Source: Schmidtea nova
Taxonomy: Eukaryota
Length of the DNA: 64,000 nucleotides
NCBI GenBank assembly: GCA_044892505.1
Contig: CM097882.1
Coordinates: 282,100,001-282,164,000, forward strand
Direction of reading: 5' to 3'
The notes under the pieces are model-generated. The model saw only the letters and a program-made list of their open reading frames with translations. It was not told the origin of the DNA and searched no databases. The translations under genes were made by a program, and so were the position numbers. Below, piece by piece: positions 11,572-27,200 of the stretch. Each line of letters starts with the position of its first letter. Positions within the stretch are counted from its first letter, which is position 1.

Positions 11572-14500
11572 CTAGTTTTGATAAACTTGAATTAATTTTT
11601 ATTAATTCCACAAGTAGTATTTAATTTGATTAATTTTTCATACTTTTTTGCTATTTTAAGCATCACTACAATCCTATTGGTGGCCTAGGACATTTTATAT
11701 AAAATAACATATTTCCTATGGTTACTGATCACAATAAATTATTTTCCTATTATATTCATCACATTTATGAAATACTGACAAAATTATCATTATTATCTCT
11801 TTTCACTATTGATCTTTTCGTTTCTAAATACACACTCGAAAAAAGCTATGTCAAAAATTTATGTACTCTAAAAAATTGATATAGTTGTTAAAAACTGACA
11901 AAACTGCTTATTAAAATTAATACCCAAAAATGTGCAGATAAGCCCCAGTACGTCTTTTTTACGATAATCTTTTTTATTAGTGTTTTAATTTTGTAAGGAG
12001 AATTTTAAAGTGTATTTTTACAAATTTCATTGTTTTATAATTGGATTTTTAAATTTTAAATTTCTCTTCCAGAAAGAAACTTAGGTACCTCTGGATTATA
12101 TACTTTTAAACACTGGCCACCAAATGAGTATGAGCTAAAATAACCTAAGGGTCAAAGTAGGATTACCTATTGATGTAATATTAATATATAATTCATTAAT
12201 TTAATGTGTGCATTAGGCGTTACATCTTTTAAGGATAATAAAAAGTTACATAAATTGAATGATATTACATACGGTGATGAATTATATTTACTATCATTAA
12301 ACAACATTAAAAGCAACATAATTATAAACATTGCTATGAATTTAAATTATAAGATTTATATTATATCGTACGAGGAAGTACTTTGACTTTTCCTTTGACC
12401 TTACACAGTCTACGCACTTGACAAAGAACTATTGCCTTTTTTTATAAGACTTGAAATTATGTGATCATAATTCCTCCTCGGGTGGATCAATAAACTGGTA
12501 GAGCGTTGACAGAACGCGTATTATGTCAATATCAATTATTTCAAGGAAAAAATATTTCGCTGTTTTAAATAAATGTGTTTAAAAACAACGAAAGAATGAT
12601 TGTGATTTGTGTCTACAGAAGCGAGTTTAAAAGATGAATAGATATCGATGTTAACTTTAAAAATATCCAAAAAGAAACTGTGGTTCCAAGCGAATTAGTT
12701 TTTTAAAGCCCTATCTATATGTTATTCGAAGTAAGTTGAATCTTAAGGAAGCTCATTATCAATGGCTATTTGCACAGAAGCATTTTTAAATACTACAGAA
12801 AAGACTTTTGAGCATAAAAAACAACATGATTTTCATTTGAGAAATAATTCATCTCAAAGCGAAATAATATATTTTAACTGAAGACATTAGATTACAAGAG
12901 GGAGAATGCAAAAGCATCAATCGCTTTTTTCTTTTTGAATTGATATAAACATATTCTGGACTTCGGAGTATATGTATAAATCTTGAATCCGACTCGAGAG
13001 AAATTAACAGTAGCTCAAGTGTAACTTCAAAATATCTTTATTAATCAAATAACTTTATTTTTGGGTGTGCAATCACATTATATTTTATAAGGAAAAGCTA
13101 CATTTTTAACAAGGCACTTTTTACTAACCTATTTTTTCACTTTATTTAAAATAATCAATTTATTGGAAATTAAAAATAAAGCAATTTAGTTACCACGAGG
13201 TGTAACTTTATTATAAAATAATTCTCTATCTAGCTTTCAATAAAAATCCCTAAAAGCATAATAATCATAATATCCGTGAAAAAATAGAATTTACCCGTAT
13301 GCTTATATTTATTTTTAAATAAAGGATTTATAATCATGCTCATATTACATAATTACCGCAGTACGTTCTGTAACTTTAGTATTAATTTAATTATGAGATT
13401 TTTCTATACCATATTAAAATATTATTATCTACTGATTGTTATAAGTAACAAATTTTAGAAAAATGATTTTTGATTATTATTATTTTTTAAACATAAGCAC
13501 GACCGTATTTTATTATATTACTGATAAGATCAATTATAATAGAGATATTTTGATAGAATTTTTCTGATCTGAGAATTTCTCAGATCAGAAAAATTCTATC
13601 AAAATATCTCTATTATAATTGATCTTATCAGTAATTTATATTTTATATTTCTCAGTGAGAAATATAAAATATAAATTGTGTCAGTGCATCACATGATTTT
13701 TCATGGGTTAAAACTAGTTGAATATTAATTAGTAAAAGGTCTGTTTTAAGTTCATATGCTTATTTATAGGTTATTGTAGAGAAACATTCACATTCATTAT
13801 TATATTGTCCTTTGGTGGCTAGGCAAAGAAATAGACAAAGATATAATATTTGTTAAAACGTACACATAAACTGTCGGAACGACAGTCAGATTTTAATTAA
13901 TTCCTAAATATAAGCCCCATCCTTTGTTTCAAAACCCTGAACACATTAATTGGACGGGATTGTGAAATAGATATTAATATGTCAATTACTATCAACTCTT
14001 CATTATTTTATCTAAAGCTCTATGGAATTGGTGCTATTATTTTTAAAAATATTGATATAGTACTAAAACTTAAAACAATATAGAATAAAAACTTACAAAG
14101 AGTGAAGTCTATTGATCATTTTGTGTACAAGTTCAATTCCAGCTTGAGCAGGACTAATTTGAATAGAAAGGTTAAAAGAATTATGAGCCTGGCTATTTTG
14201 AATAGGTTGATTGATATTGTGAGCATTATAATTATTCGGAGAATGATGTAACCCAATACCCGACAATGATGTAAAAGAAACTCCAGAATTAGTGCGCATA
14301 ACTGTGTAATTTGTCGGCATTGGCAGCATCATACCCTGCTGCCTAGAATTTGACATAAATCCAGAGTTATGGTGAGTACCTGACAATGTATTTGGCATTA
14401 TATTTGCAGGCCCTGAATTACAATTGGGAACCGATGATGAGAATTCAGACGGTATTGACATGTTCATTTGGGTTAAATTATAAAATTCCATAACTTCCAT

Positions 14501-17500
14501 GATAATGTCTTTCATTAGAAATGGGTTTTGAATAAATTGAGATATAAGCACACAATAACGATTTACTTCTTCTGCTCCCAGTAATTTGGCCAATCTAATG
14601 GTCCACCGGATATTCGTATCGTGACTTTGGGATTCAACTGTTGAAGAGACAGGATAATCATTTGGTTCAGAAGCTGAAGATGGATTAAAATATAATGGGC
14701 GACGAGAATTGTTTGAATTTGTTGCGTTTGATGGATTAGTTGCAGTGTCATTATTGTCATTGCTGGAACTTTGTAATTGCTTGAGAATCAGAATAGCTTT
14801 CATTGCACTACTAAATGCTTTACGCAAGTACTCATAAGCGCGATTATCAGGAGACTGTGAATGATATGTCGATTGTTGAGAAGGAGAAGTTTGCTGAACA
14901 ACTGGAGATTGATTCGCATTATTAACATTTGTGGATGGTCCCGAATTTAGGCTCCTAGTAGGATTGTTTGGGAATATATTAATAGGTGATGGGAGAATAT
15001 TAGATCCAGGATGAGGTGGTTGTAATTGATGCTGAGATATAGTAGTTGGTTGGAAAAAGTACATTTGACGATGCTGAATATTTGTAACGTTGGATGGAGC
15101 GATATTAGGCTGTAAGCCCCTGACTGGCATTATTTGAAAATGTGATATGTACGGAGATTGGCAAAGCAAATTAGATGGCAATATTTGAGTTTGAGAAATA
15201 GCATTCTGGCCTGTAATGATATTACTATAGATCCATTCTGAAAATTATTTAATGATAAAATTTCACTGAAATCAAAAAAATATTTAACTAAAAAGTTTGC
15301 TTTTAATACAATATTTTTTAAATCATATTTGATGAATTTTCTTCTTTATAAAAACACTTGACAAGTGAGCAATTAATGAGGTAACAATAGCTGTCGATTT
15401 AACTTATTAATTATTTAAATGATAATTTTTGAAAATAAATTTTATTTATAGGTTCAAAATTGGGTAAACTCTTTGTTAACTCAACCTTTTGAACTACTTA
15501 GTTCCCATAACTTATAAATCAAAGAAATAGCTCATAACTTTTACATGCTTCCATTAGTAGTTAAACTTTCGTAAATAAATTCAGAAATATATGAAAAATA
15601 CAAACTGCTATATAAATACCTCTTGATATATAATATCCTTTATTTCCATTTCATTGATGAGTACTATGTCATCAATGAGCTACCGGCGATTGTTGTTATA
15701 TATCGTTGTTTAGCATTTAAAGGGTTAAATAAGTAAATGTGAGAATATAGGAAAAGAGCAGAGTTTTTGAGTGAAATATTTAGTAGATCTTTACTTGAGG
15801 CCCACAATAGTTTTTCATATTTTGTTATTCTTTATTTCAATATTGTTTACAGGCATGATACCTGTCTATGTGTAGGCAGTGAAGCTAAAAGGTTCTTAGA
15901 CTCGCATAAAAATAAAAAAGTTATAACAAAGTTCTTTTATAATCAAAACAAGATACAAATCAAGGTTATAAATCTATAAATTGTTTTAAGGTTTTAATAT
16001 TTAATTTCAGTTATTCGGCAGTTTAAAAAATGTTTGATGCAGTGGAATTTAGAAGTGTAATTCGGTTTTTACTTTTAAAGTTAGAAAAGAAAGAAATTAT
16101 TCAACAGATTGAAGCAGCATATGGAGAAGAGGCTCTATTAAGAGCAACAAAATATAACTGGATTAGGAAGTTTTCGCCCGATAGAACAAATGATTTTGAC
16201 AATGAAAGAAGTGAAAGACCTGGAAGATGGATTGAAAAATCATTGCAAAATTGAAGGAAATTGTGTCTAAGAATAAGGAAATCACGCAGATAGAGCCACT
16301 GTAAAAACTAAACTTTTGCAAGAGAACAATACAGCTTTGGTTAAATTAATTGGGAATCAAGAAATTATATCAGGTTCGTTCCGCAGAATTTGGTGGCATA
16401 GATGATGGATAGACAAAAAGTTGCTACTAAAAATAATCTTTTTCTACTGGATTGTATCGGACCTAGCTTTCTGACATATATTATGACAGCGAATAAGACT
16501 CTTTTGAGACTCTACATACCCATACTCTAGACGAGAATCTTAAAAGTCGATATTCTTCGGAGAGAAGCCACCAAAGGTAATTTGTTCAAGCACTTCACAT
16601 CGCAAATGAGTCGTTGAGTGCATTTTTGGATGTTAAAGAAGTCTGGAAGAGCGATTTTTCCAACGGCTACATCAACTCGGAGTACTATGCCACTTCGATC
16701 AATAAAGTCAGGGCCATACGATGAAAGCCACGAAACCAAGACCTAAATTTCGCACATCTTATCGAACACAGGAAGCAATAGCAAAATGTGGTTTTGTTCA
16801 GTTGGACTATCTGGTGATTTTAGGTTATTCAATCATCTGGAGAAAGATTTGAGAAGTAAAATAATTGAATCAAAGCATAATTTGTAGGAAGATGAAGAGA
16901 AATGATTTTCAAATCAATGCTGGGCCGTTGGAGAAAGTGCTTCAGTGTTAATGGAAGTTATGTTGAGAAATAAATCCTAAATATTTGTATTGTTGATAAT
17001 AATGAATTTGGTTTCACTAATTTTCTTATTTCTATGTGAGTCTAAGTCTTTAGTTTGAGATAATTTTACGCAGTTTCACAAAAGAATTACACATTATGCA
17101 ACATTCACCTTCTTTATATTTCGACAGGTTTATATTTGGTTTGTTTTAAAGTAACTTCAAGGTTTGTTCTTTCTTCGGCAGGTTGAAGAAATGAAATGGC
17201 TTCTTTCTTGTCAACTATTTATAGAAAATAGTTTTTGATGATAGAAAATTTTCGATGAAGAAAATTTGAGAAACTGATTTAAAAGATTTTAAAATTATAT
17301 TAAAAAACTTTAACAATAAATGGGAAAGAATTTTATGTGAGGCGTTGGTGATTAAATCACAATCCCCTACAATTAATATTCAATCAGCAACGAATTTATT
17401 GAGATTATTTAATTAACTCATTTCTGTTTCCGTATATAGCATTTGATTTAAATTATGATGGCAGACTGATGATGAGGACCATGTCCTTGAAATATATTTC

Positions 17501-20500
17501 TATTGTTTGGCGATTTCGTGTTTTTATTAATAATAGGCCATCATTTTTTCGATATTTAGATTTATCAATTATATAAAATATCTAGTTTTCTATTTAAAAT
17601 GAATTTTCGGTTTATTTTTTATATGTTTAGAACAGTGTTTCTCAATCAATGCGCTATGACAAATATAAGCGTGCCCACCGATACTTTTAAGTGTACCGTG
17701 AAATGTTATTAAGTCAGTTGAAAACACCACGGAATAAAATGAGAAAATCAAAAATATGATTTGATTTGAAATCCATTTAAAAATTGTTTTCAAATATTAT
17801 CTTCAACTATGTGAAGAAGGATTGGTAGCATTTCTAGTGATCGTGGATTTAAATAAAAACTCCATAGTGTTTATTGATACATTTTGGATTTCAACACAAA
17901 AGAAATGTCTCACGTTAGATAAAAACGCTTTATCAGTTTTGTTACAGTTTCCGACTTTTGATTTCTATTAATTGGGCTTCTTAAACCTGAATAAGATCAA
18001 AAATTGAAAAGCGAAAGAAAAAAGTGAGTATGTTTGTTACATATTCAAAAAACATTGAAGAAATTGCAAAAAAACGTATAAAAAGCATAGATTTCAACCT
18101 AACTAAGAAAGTTCATAATTGACTAGATAGAAATTGGATAATCATGGCCTAAATAATCATGAACCATGTGAGCGCAATAATATCTTTTTTTACTCACGTC
18201 TGTGTGCGCACTCGATGTTTTTTCTAGCTCACGTCAGTATGCGCAGTTCAGCAGGATTTAATTGTTTTTTTAATAATGGAATTTATGAATTGTCAGACTT
18301 GGTGAGCGCTTGTATAGTAAAACTATAGTAAAACTATCCCTCGCTCTGTATCCATGCATTGTTCGTTTTTTAGAGCGCTAATGTGGGGCCTGGTGTGCAT
18401 TTTAACTTTAACATGCGCGCGTGAAATAGAGAGAAGTTTAATTATTTTTTTCCGAAGTGGAAAAGGAGTCGGAGAGTCGATTAATTTCTATCGACTCTGA
18501 CTCCGACATCGACTCCTCGAAAAACCTTCGACTTTTCAACTCCTCGACCCCGACTCCCCCATCCCTGGCCATGAGTAGTAGAAAGCCCAAAAATTATGTA
18601 CAAGTATAAAAAATTTACTGTTTTTATCAAATATTTTTTAATTTTTACAGTTAAACAACCAAGCAAACCCAATCATCTCATTAAAAAGATTCTCTTATAC
18701 TTTTTCTTGTTATTTTTTGTAATATATATTTGAAGCTTTTTTCTTAGTGACGAATATTTTTATTTTTTTAATAGACAGTTTAGAACTTATTCCCAGAAAC
18801 GGGAGAGTTTTTCCTAGGTTAGTGATGTGGGCTACGCATGCTAAATAACGTTGAGAACCCCGGGTTTAGATTATACGAATACAAAATATACTCACGGTGA
18901 TTTGCATTACCAGAGTGACTAACTAGTGGTATCGGAGAGCCAAATGACCCAGTGGGGAATGAACCCCCAGGAAGTTGTGGAGCAGCTTGTGACATAATTA
19001 AATTTGGGATATTGTGAGGATTAAACAGCTAAATTTTATCACAATACTTTACAAAATAAATAAAATATAGAAATACCTGTGGAATAGCCGGCATCATGTT
19101 TGTAGTGTACTGATTAAGATTAGTTGCATTAAACGATGGCTGAAATGAAGGAGAAGATGACGGAAGATTTGAAACGGATACAGTAGGCTGAGGTAAAGCT
19201 GCCACATTAGATTGGGTAGATATTATATTAGACGCTGGAATACCACTTGAAATCGTGTGGCATGTGCTTTGACTAATTTCTCCTTTATGAAGTTGATACC
19301 AGGCATTGGCTAAATGGAAGTAAATAATCGGCTGTACTCCCGATAAGGAGTTATTAGCTCCACTTTCAACTGACAACAGGCCTCGTTCTAGCATTTCATT
19401 AGACTGATCACTGCATTGCCTTAATCCGCGTAGTATTTGATTCGGATTCAAAGTAGAACTTTCCGCTAGAACTGCGAGACACAATTCAGCACCTACTCTA
19501 CTCATTTGTGTATCACGTCGTCTAGATACTCGGTAAGCAATTTCTGCCACTTCTGATGGATTGAGGTGATGCCGCCAACTGTGAAGCAGGACACAAGCAG
19601 CTGAAACACCAAAATCTACAATTTGAGTGGAAATCCATGCGACGTGAGAACTATATGTACGACTTTGCCATAAGGGATTTAAATGATTATAGAGGCCTAG
19701 TGCATAAAGCCCCAATTGAAAAGCACAAAGCTGTAAATTGCGTTGGGCTAAGTGATTTGGTGCAGTAGATGTGGTAGAATGTTGATTGGAACCGTGATTA
19801 GAGGAAACGGTTATATTACTATTGTTCACACGAAACACTGGCGTGGAACTATCATCGGGAATACCAGCTTTTTGTAAAACAGTTTGGGCCAACTCAAACA
19901 TGTGATGTGCGAGAGATTCGGTGACGACTTCAACGTAATTGACTTGTTGATCTAAAAAACAATTACTATTTTCATTTTTCTGTTGAATTTCAGCAAATTC
20001 TTTGTCAGTATTGTGAGATTCTTTATTAGAATTATTCAAAATATTAATATCACATAAGAGAGGTGAAGATGATGACATTTGAGGAGAAGATGATCCAGAA
20101 AGTGAAGTTGAGCGACTAGATTGAGAATGTTCCCGAATAACCTCCGTAACCTTTTCAGGTGAAATATCAATAGGTATTTTATTGTTCAGTTCATCTTCCA
20201 CTGCCACAACTTCACTATCCTCAACAGTTTTATTGTCCACTGTTTCTCCACCACAAGGAATACCATCGGCAATAATTCTGTAAAGAGGAGTTGTTTGGTT
20301 AATAGGAAATATTCGCTTTCTAATTGTAGTTGGAGAGTTGTCACTACTCTCAGTTGTTTCAGGAGCACTACTATCGACTGCAGCCATTCCAGTTGAATGT
20401 TGGTTGAATATCCGCTTTGAAGTAGTAAAGCAGCGTAACTTTTGTTCCCATAACTGTTACAAAATTAATTACAATAAATGCTTATTCTGAAGAATAAAAT

Positions 20501-23500
20501 AAATATAAAAATAAAACAAGAAATTATAAGATAAATCCTAAATATATATATTACACCATGAGTATACACAAATCCATTCAAATTAATAAGGAAATATATG
20601 AGTCTTCCAGTCATTGACTATTTAGACCTCGGGAAAGCAATACACAACTCTCTTCTCATGTTCCTTTGAGAACGGTATAACTAGAGACTCGCATTTTGAT
20701 TTAGACAACATACAGTGCTTAACATAATTAAATCCGCTTTTGATTTTATAAAATATTTATGTGCCAAATAAGATAATTCATGAAATCTTTTTTAAATTAT
20801 TATCTATCATATAGCAATGAATAAATTTGTAATGTTGTGGATGAAAATATTTTTCTTATTATAAAATATTTTAATATATTGTAAAAACATGTTTTAGCGT
20901 AACAAAATTATAACCGTAGTTGCTTTAATATTCCATTTCGCTTGTTTATCCGCTTTTTACTCAGGTAACTATTTTAAAACGCTATTTTAGTGTATTTAGT
21001 GTTATTTTATTATGTATTTATTCTATATTTTTAGTACCAACCGTCATGCCACGGAAAACAATTGCCTCGGTATAAAAAAGAACAAATCATGACATTGCAT
21101 ATGGAAAACGTGTCCAAAAAAGAAATAATCAAACGAATTTCCAGATCAGATAGAGTTGTGCGCAACTATTTGAGAAATCATCAGAATATTGTGTGAAAAA
21201 ACACACCAGGCGAAAGAGGAAGCTCTCAGAGCGTGCTCAGCGGCGAGTAGTTGATACTGCCTCAAACACGTCAAAGTGTTGTTTAGAACTTAAAAAGAAG
21301 TTGAACCTGGATGTCTCTCATATGACCATTTGGAGAATACTTAAACGCAATCCAAACATCATTAGATCAAAGATGCGATCTGCTCCTTGTGTTAAGGATT
21401 GCCATAAAGCAGCCAGACTTGATTTCTGTCGAGTCAACATGGGTCGCGATTTGGCCAAAGTAAGTTTTTATTGAATTTCAGGCTTTCATGCTAATTCATG
21501 GAGTCCTCCCGTATTTTTGTCTTGTTAGATGATATATAGCGACTATTAGGATTTTCATCCTTTGAAAATTGGCAATTAATTGAGTCGCTAAATATGTCCA
21601 TAAAATTTATTTCAACACAATTATTAAAAAAACTTTACTGGTTTTAATTTGTTATGATAATCAAACAAATTTACCATCTTCATTTTTTATTTAAAGTTTT
21701 TCAATTTGAAATATTTTTTTCAATTTTAACTTTTAAATATAAAATCTTTTCTAAATTTTTAATTTCACATTTTCAATATTTTGTAACCAATAACTTTAAA
21801 AATTTTTAGAATCTTCCAGCTTCCCTCATAGCGACGAAAAAAAAATTCAACTTGGTTAGTCTCGATCTGGTGAACGGGTATTAGCGTGATCTGCGTAAGG
21901 AACCCCAGTTTTTTCTCGCAGGAATTGGTGTGGCGGTAGTGTCATGGTATGGGAGTCTTTTGTAAAGAAAGAACAATTATATTGTCCTTCCCTTCGTCCA
22001 AAATGGATAGCGAGGAACATCAGTGCGTACTCTAAGAAAGCCTCCTTCCATTTATTCAACATTATCGACAACGGCGATGATTTTCCAACAAGACAATGCC
22101 AGCGTCCATTGCAATAGAAGCACCAAAGCTTGGCTCACGGATAAAAATATTGCCGTGTTGGACTGGCCAGCTTGTTCATCGGACTGCAACTCCATAGAAA
22201 ACTTTAGGGGTATCTTAGCCCGTCGGGTTTATGACCATAATCGCCAGTATCAGACGGTCGCTGAGTTGAAAGCAGCAATTTCTTCAATTCAGTGAAATAA
22301 ATATGGAGACTCTTTCCAATTTAGTTAATTCCATGCCTTTTGAAGTTATTAGCTACAATGGTGGCCTTAATTCGTATTGATATTCAAAATAAAATCGTGT
22401 TTCAGTGTTATTATGAGAAGCGGCTATAATTATGTTGTGTAAAAATGACCAAAATCGACAAAAAGTCTCCAACGTATGGAAAAATAGAAATGGGAGAAAG
22501 AAATGCATTGCATTACATCGTATCATCGACTCTTACAAACTATCATAGTGATTTAAACTTTCACTCTTAGCTAACCGAAAAATCGCAAAAAAATCAAAGC
22601 GGTTATATTTATGTTAAGTAGTTTATAATACAAATATATTAGTGCATTTTTAAAAATAGATCTAAGGCTCTTAGACATTTACGATTTGCAAACATTTCAA
22701 TAAACCAGAAAGATTACTACACAAATGTTTACCACAGAACTGAAAATAGTAGTGGCTTAAATATGATACTTTTCTCAAAAAAAAAAGAAAAAGGATAAGT
22801 GGTGATTTTACCTTGAAAACTGTTGTTTCTGATGGTACAAAAGGAAATTTACATAAATTAGTTAGAATTGGCCAGGCGAAATTCAGAGTCATTATTTCAA
22901 GTTATTTGTTGTAGAAAATAACTTGTAGAAAATGAAAATACCAAAAAAGACGAACGATCAATTAATTCTTGACGAGAATATAAAATAAAATTCTCTCCGA
23001 ATTCCCACATTTAATGTTTGTTGTATATTTTAAATAAAAATAATAAATCACCTTTTTATCAGCGATTGAAGTCTCACTGTTGTCGTCCTCCAGAGCAGAA
23101 CTGTCCGTATCAATTGTATGATTAGATTTTTCATTGCGAGACTTTGCCAACTTGGGTTGAGAAGAATGGAGTTTGGCAGATTTTTCAGATTTTTGCAAAG
23201 TACTTAGATTTGTATAAACAACAGGAGTTATAAAGTTGTTTGTTGAATTGGAAGTTTCTATGTGATGTGAAACATTACTCTCGACAGAAATAGGGTCCGA
23301 TTTGACTACCGCGTCTACCGTGGTTTGAATAACAGGGGAGATATCAACATTAGTCTGAACATTTTCAAATATTTCATCGTTATCTGTGACTTTTGATGAA
23401 GGGGTAAATGTTGTCGGATAGTCTGATGTAACTGATCTAGCTGTATCTTTATTGTCGACAGATTCTATTAATTTATTGATACCGTTTGTTAAATAGAATT

Positions 23501-24191
23501 TTAAAGGAGCTGCTTTGAAATGGGGATTTAATAGCGGATCCAATAATTGATTAAGAATCTATAAACAATGTGAATATTTTTAAAATTAAAATATTTTTAA
23601 AAAGTCAATTATATTTGTGAAAGTATAAAAACCATTCTTTATACATTCTTATATTAGTTTAAATAAATATATTCTCATTCTAGGTGAGCGTTTCGAATAG
23701 CCAGTCTGACAGATCTGGGTTATTATCATATTTAATTACTATTTCTAGTGCCTTTAATGTGACTATTCAATTAAACGGAGTTCAAACATAATATATTTTT
23801 AGATAACCACGAAGGATCTCAAAAACCTTGAAGGGTTCTTGAATAGGTCACCTTAATATATCGAGTAATAAATTCGCCATTTTCCTAATAAGTGCAATAA
23901 ATCATATTAGAATGGCCTGATATTTTATAAAACTGATAAATATTGCACTATAACTTGACATTATTGAACACTTTTTAACCGAATCAGATTTAATCAACTT
24001 TATCGGTAATACTTAATATATTTATTATATGCAAATATTTCAACTTGAAATTGTGAAATTTCTGCCTTAATATATTTGATTCACATTTAATTAATTTAGA
24101 TTGAATCGAAATTTGATAAATATTTAAATTCTCACTCAAAGTCAAATTTTTGTTGACAAATTTTGATGATAACATCAATATAAACACAAAA

Positions 24192-24266
<75 letters not shown>

Positions 24267-27200
24267 TTTGCAACTTACCATTGTCAATTTATCAACATCA
24301 TCTTTGTAGACATTGAAGAGAAACGCTGCGAATTCATCTCTCAAACGCCGTTGACCTTCGACTAGGAGAGAATTAACCTTTTCGGGGATTTTTGATTTCA
24401 TCCCAAGAACAGATAGAGCGCTTTCAAATCCCAAATTGACGTCGAAACTTGATTCATTGGAGTAATCATCTAAAATTTATTGTGGGATAAAATGGAAACA
24501 TTTTCAATCTAATAATTCGAGATTTAGATTTCCGAAATAAAAATCTATTCTCGTCTCAACTAATGAATTCCAATTTTCCTTAGAAATTAAATTGGATAAC
24601 TGATTAAGGTTCAACTGTCTCATACATGGGTGACAGCAGAACATTCATCCATTNNNNNNNNNNNNNNNNNNNNNNNNNNNNNNNNNNNNNNNNNNNNNNN
24701 NNNNNNNNNNNNNNNNNNNNNNNNNNNNNNNNNNNNNNNNNNNNNNNNNNNNNNNNNNNNNNNNNNNNNNNNNNNNNNNNNNNNNNNNNNNNNNNNNNNN
24801 NNNNNNNNAAAGCTATGTGAAAGATCAATTACTTGGTAGTAAATAACATATGCAGGGATTAAAAAGCATATTAAAATGTGTTATTAAATATAAAGCAATA
24901 ATAAAATTTTGAATTAAATCATTTGAAACAAGCATGACGAAGTAATTATAAATAAGTTTTATTGGCAAATACGTCGAGTTGTCTGAATAAGCATAATATC
25001 AGACCGGCTTAGAATTTTAATAAATTCATAGCACCAATTCCAAGTCTGATTTTCTTTTAATTCGGTATACGAACAAATAAAGTACTTGGATTCCTAAAGA
25101 AACTCTTATTTTACATCTAACTTTAGACGAGATCATTCTTAGTTAACCTGTGTTTTGATAACAACGACAAACGTACAATCTATTATATGTTGACGGAAAA
25201 ATAAAAATTACAAGTTTATTGACGCCATAAACTATTTCCGTTGTCCGTGAATCCACCCAAATATTATTAAAATTAAAACAATAGACAAGTTATTCTTTCA
25301 AAAAGGACATAATGACCTTCAACTTGACATATTTTCATTGTTTCAATTTCTGTTTTTTGTTTTCAGCATAGGCTTTACACTTTAAAATTCCATACTGAAC
25401 AGCCATTAGCTAACCGTCAGATAAGTTGATAAAATACATTTAAATAAACAAAAATTTATTTTTGAAACGTTCGAATAGTTAAAATATTTTGTTTATTTCA
25501 ACGCAAATAATTCGCAGGGATTGATAAATAAACGGTAATTTTTATGACTCAACTTAATACTGACTTAATTTAACATGAAATCTACATGCAAGGCATTTAT
25601 ACCACATTTTCACACCTTATAAACATATGGGCAATAAAAACAAATGGAGAAAGCGTTTCATTTTCAAGGGAAGAGTGATAAGTGCAAAATAAATAAGCCG
25701 ATTCCCTCCCAATGCACATAAGGTGGATATGAAACGAGGGAATAAATCAAGATGGTATCGAAACAAATATAGAAATGACTGGCAATGTCATGATGGTAGT
25801 GAATGAATGGCAGAGAATCGAATAGTTTACGAACAGTGAAAATAATAATCGAGAGAAATTGCATTATACCATGCACGTAGAGACATCAGAAACAATGCAT
25901 AATTAAAACAAATCAAACGAGTCACACTGTGAATTGTAAATGCAATGAATAAATGATAATTAGTCATAATAGACTGGCATAATAGAATATTCCCAATGCC
26001 ACGTGAAATATTTGCAAATCAAATGGTAATTAAGGCGGAATCAATTTCATTGTCAATTTACACAATTGCTTGGGAAACGTTTATGTTGCTAGATGAAACT
26101 AATTAATAAGATGTATTATCATTAAAATCTTTAATCTAATTTAATCGACATTTGTTCCAGTTCACACAGAATATTAAAATCTGTGAATAGGAAAAAATTT
26201 TTTGATCTATTGTCTGAAAAACTTGAAATGAAATAAAATTTATGTCATTTCCCAAAATGATTATTGATATAATAACAAAATCACATACATTTTATTAATT
26301 CAATAAATACTAAAATAAAATGAAAAATAAATTTCTAAAATAAAATCACTTACCAGCACATGAAATCGATTCCGGGTTCTCAACCTGTGACATTCGGCAT
26401 TTCGCGCGGTCCCGAGAATATAATCTCTGTCTCACTTTGCCGTTATTTCCACTGGAACTGAGATTATCCCCAGCATTACTCCCATTGATCCCAGTTAATT
26501 GTTCAAATATAAACAATGCCAGATTATATGGAACATGAATTTCTGGAATTGATTTACAAATATTTATTTAGGCTCATTCATTTTGTCTAGAATTTTCAAT
26601 TTTCTCCTTTTGTCTGACTTTTTATTTTGTAAAAATTATAAAGTTCAAGACATTTTTTTTCAAAAAAATTTTATATTTAATCAGTAAAAAATCAAAAAAA
26701 TTATTTATTTTCATATATGGCATCTTATGCTGCAAACTAAAGATTTATCATTACTATTTTTGCGAGATAACAATTTCTGTATTTGTTCAGGCACAAATTA
26801 ACCTTAATAATTAATTGATAACTACCGTATTTTCCTGGGTATTAGTCGCACCTACCTAATTTTTCTAAAAATTCATTATTTGTTATTTCTTCTGGAAATT
26901 TGGCTGGACATTTGTTGGTTTGGTTAGAAAAAAAATAAAAATTATCATATAAGTCGCTTCTTTATATTAGTCGCACTTGTATTTTTAACGAAAAAAGTAG
27001 CGACTTATACAACAAAAAATACGGTAAGTAAGATTTAGAGCTTTAATTATTTATGTACAAATATGAATGTCTATTCACAAAGGGGTTGAAGTTTTTAATT
27101 TTTGCAACGTTATGAATTATTCAAAAATATATTATTTCCTTATCTATGATGAGCGATAGATGCGTAATAATGAATAAATAATATTTATGGGAAATAAACC

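Noticed and set aside
12366-13050. Mariner-like start (TA cgagg) and decayed coding-looking sequence
   Set aside because: No matching TIR or recognisable motif.
17105-17214. Exon-like segment as the missing ZSWIM8 exon
   Set aside because: It contains stops in the required phase, and exon 18896-19028 already resolves the phase.
22671-22930. Additional ZSWIM8 exon(s) between exons 13 and 14
   Set aside because: Candidate acceptors give stops or unconvincing peptides, and exons 13 and 14 join directly in phase 0.
24150-24365. YIYIYI-containing ORFs (also 33982-34170 and the starts of 34893 and 31968)
   Set aside because: These are translations of (TA)n or (ATT)n microsatellites in introns.
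25640-26150. A-rich coding-like stretch
   Set aside because: Many stops in all frames and no identifiable motif.
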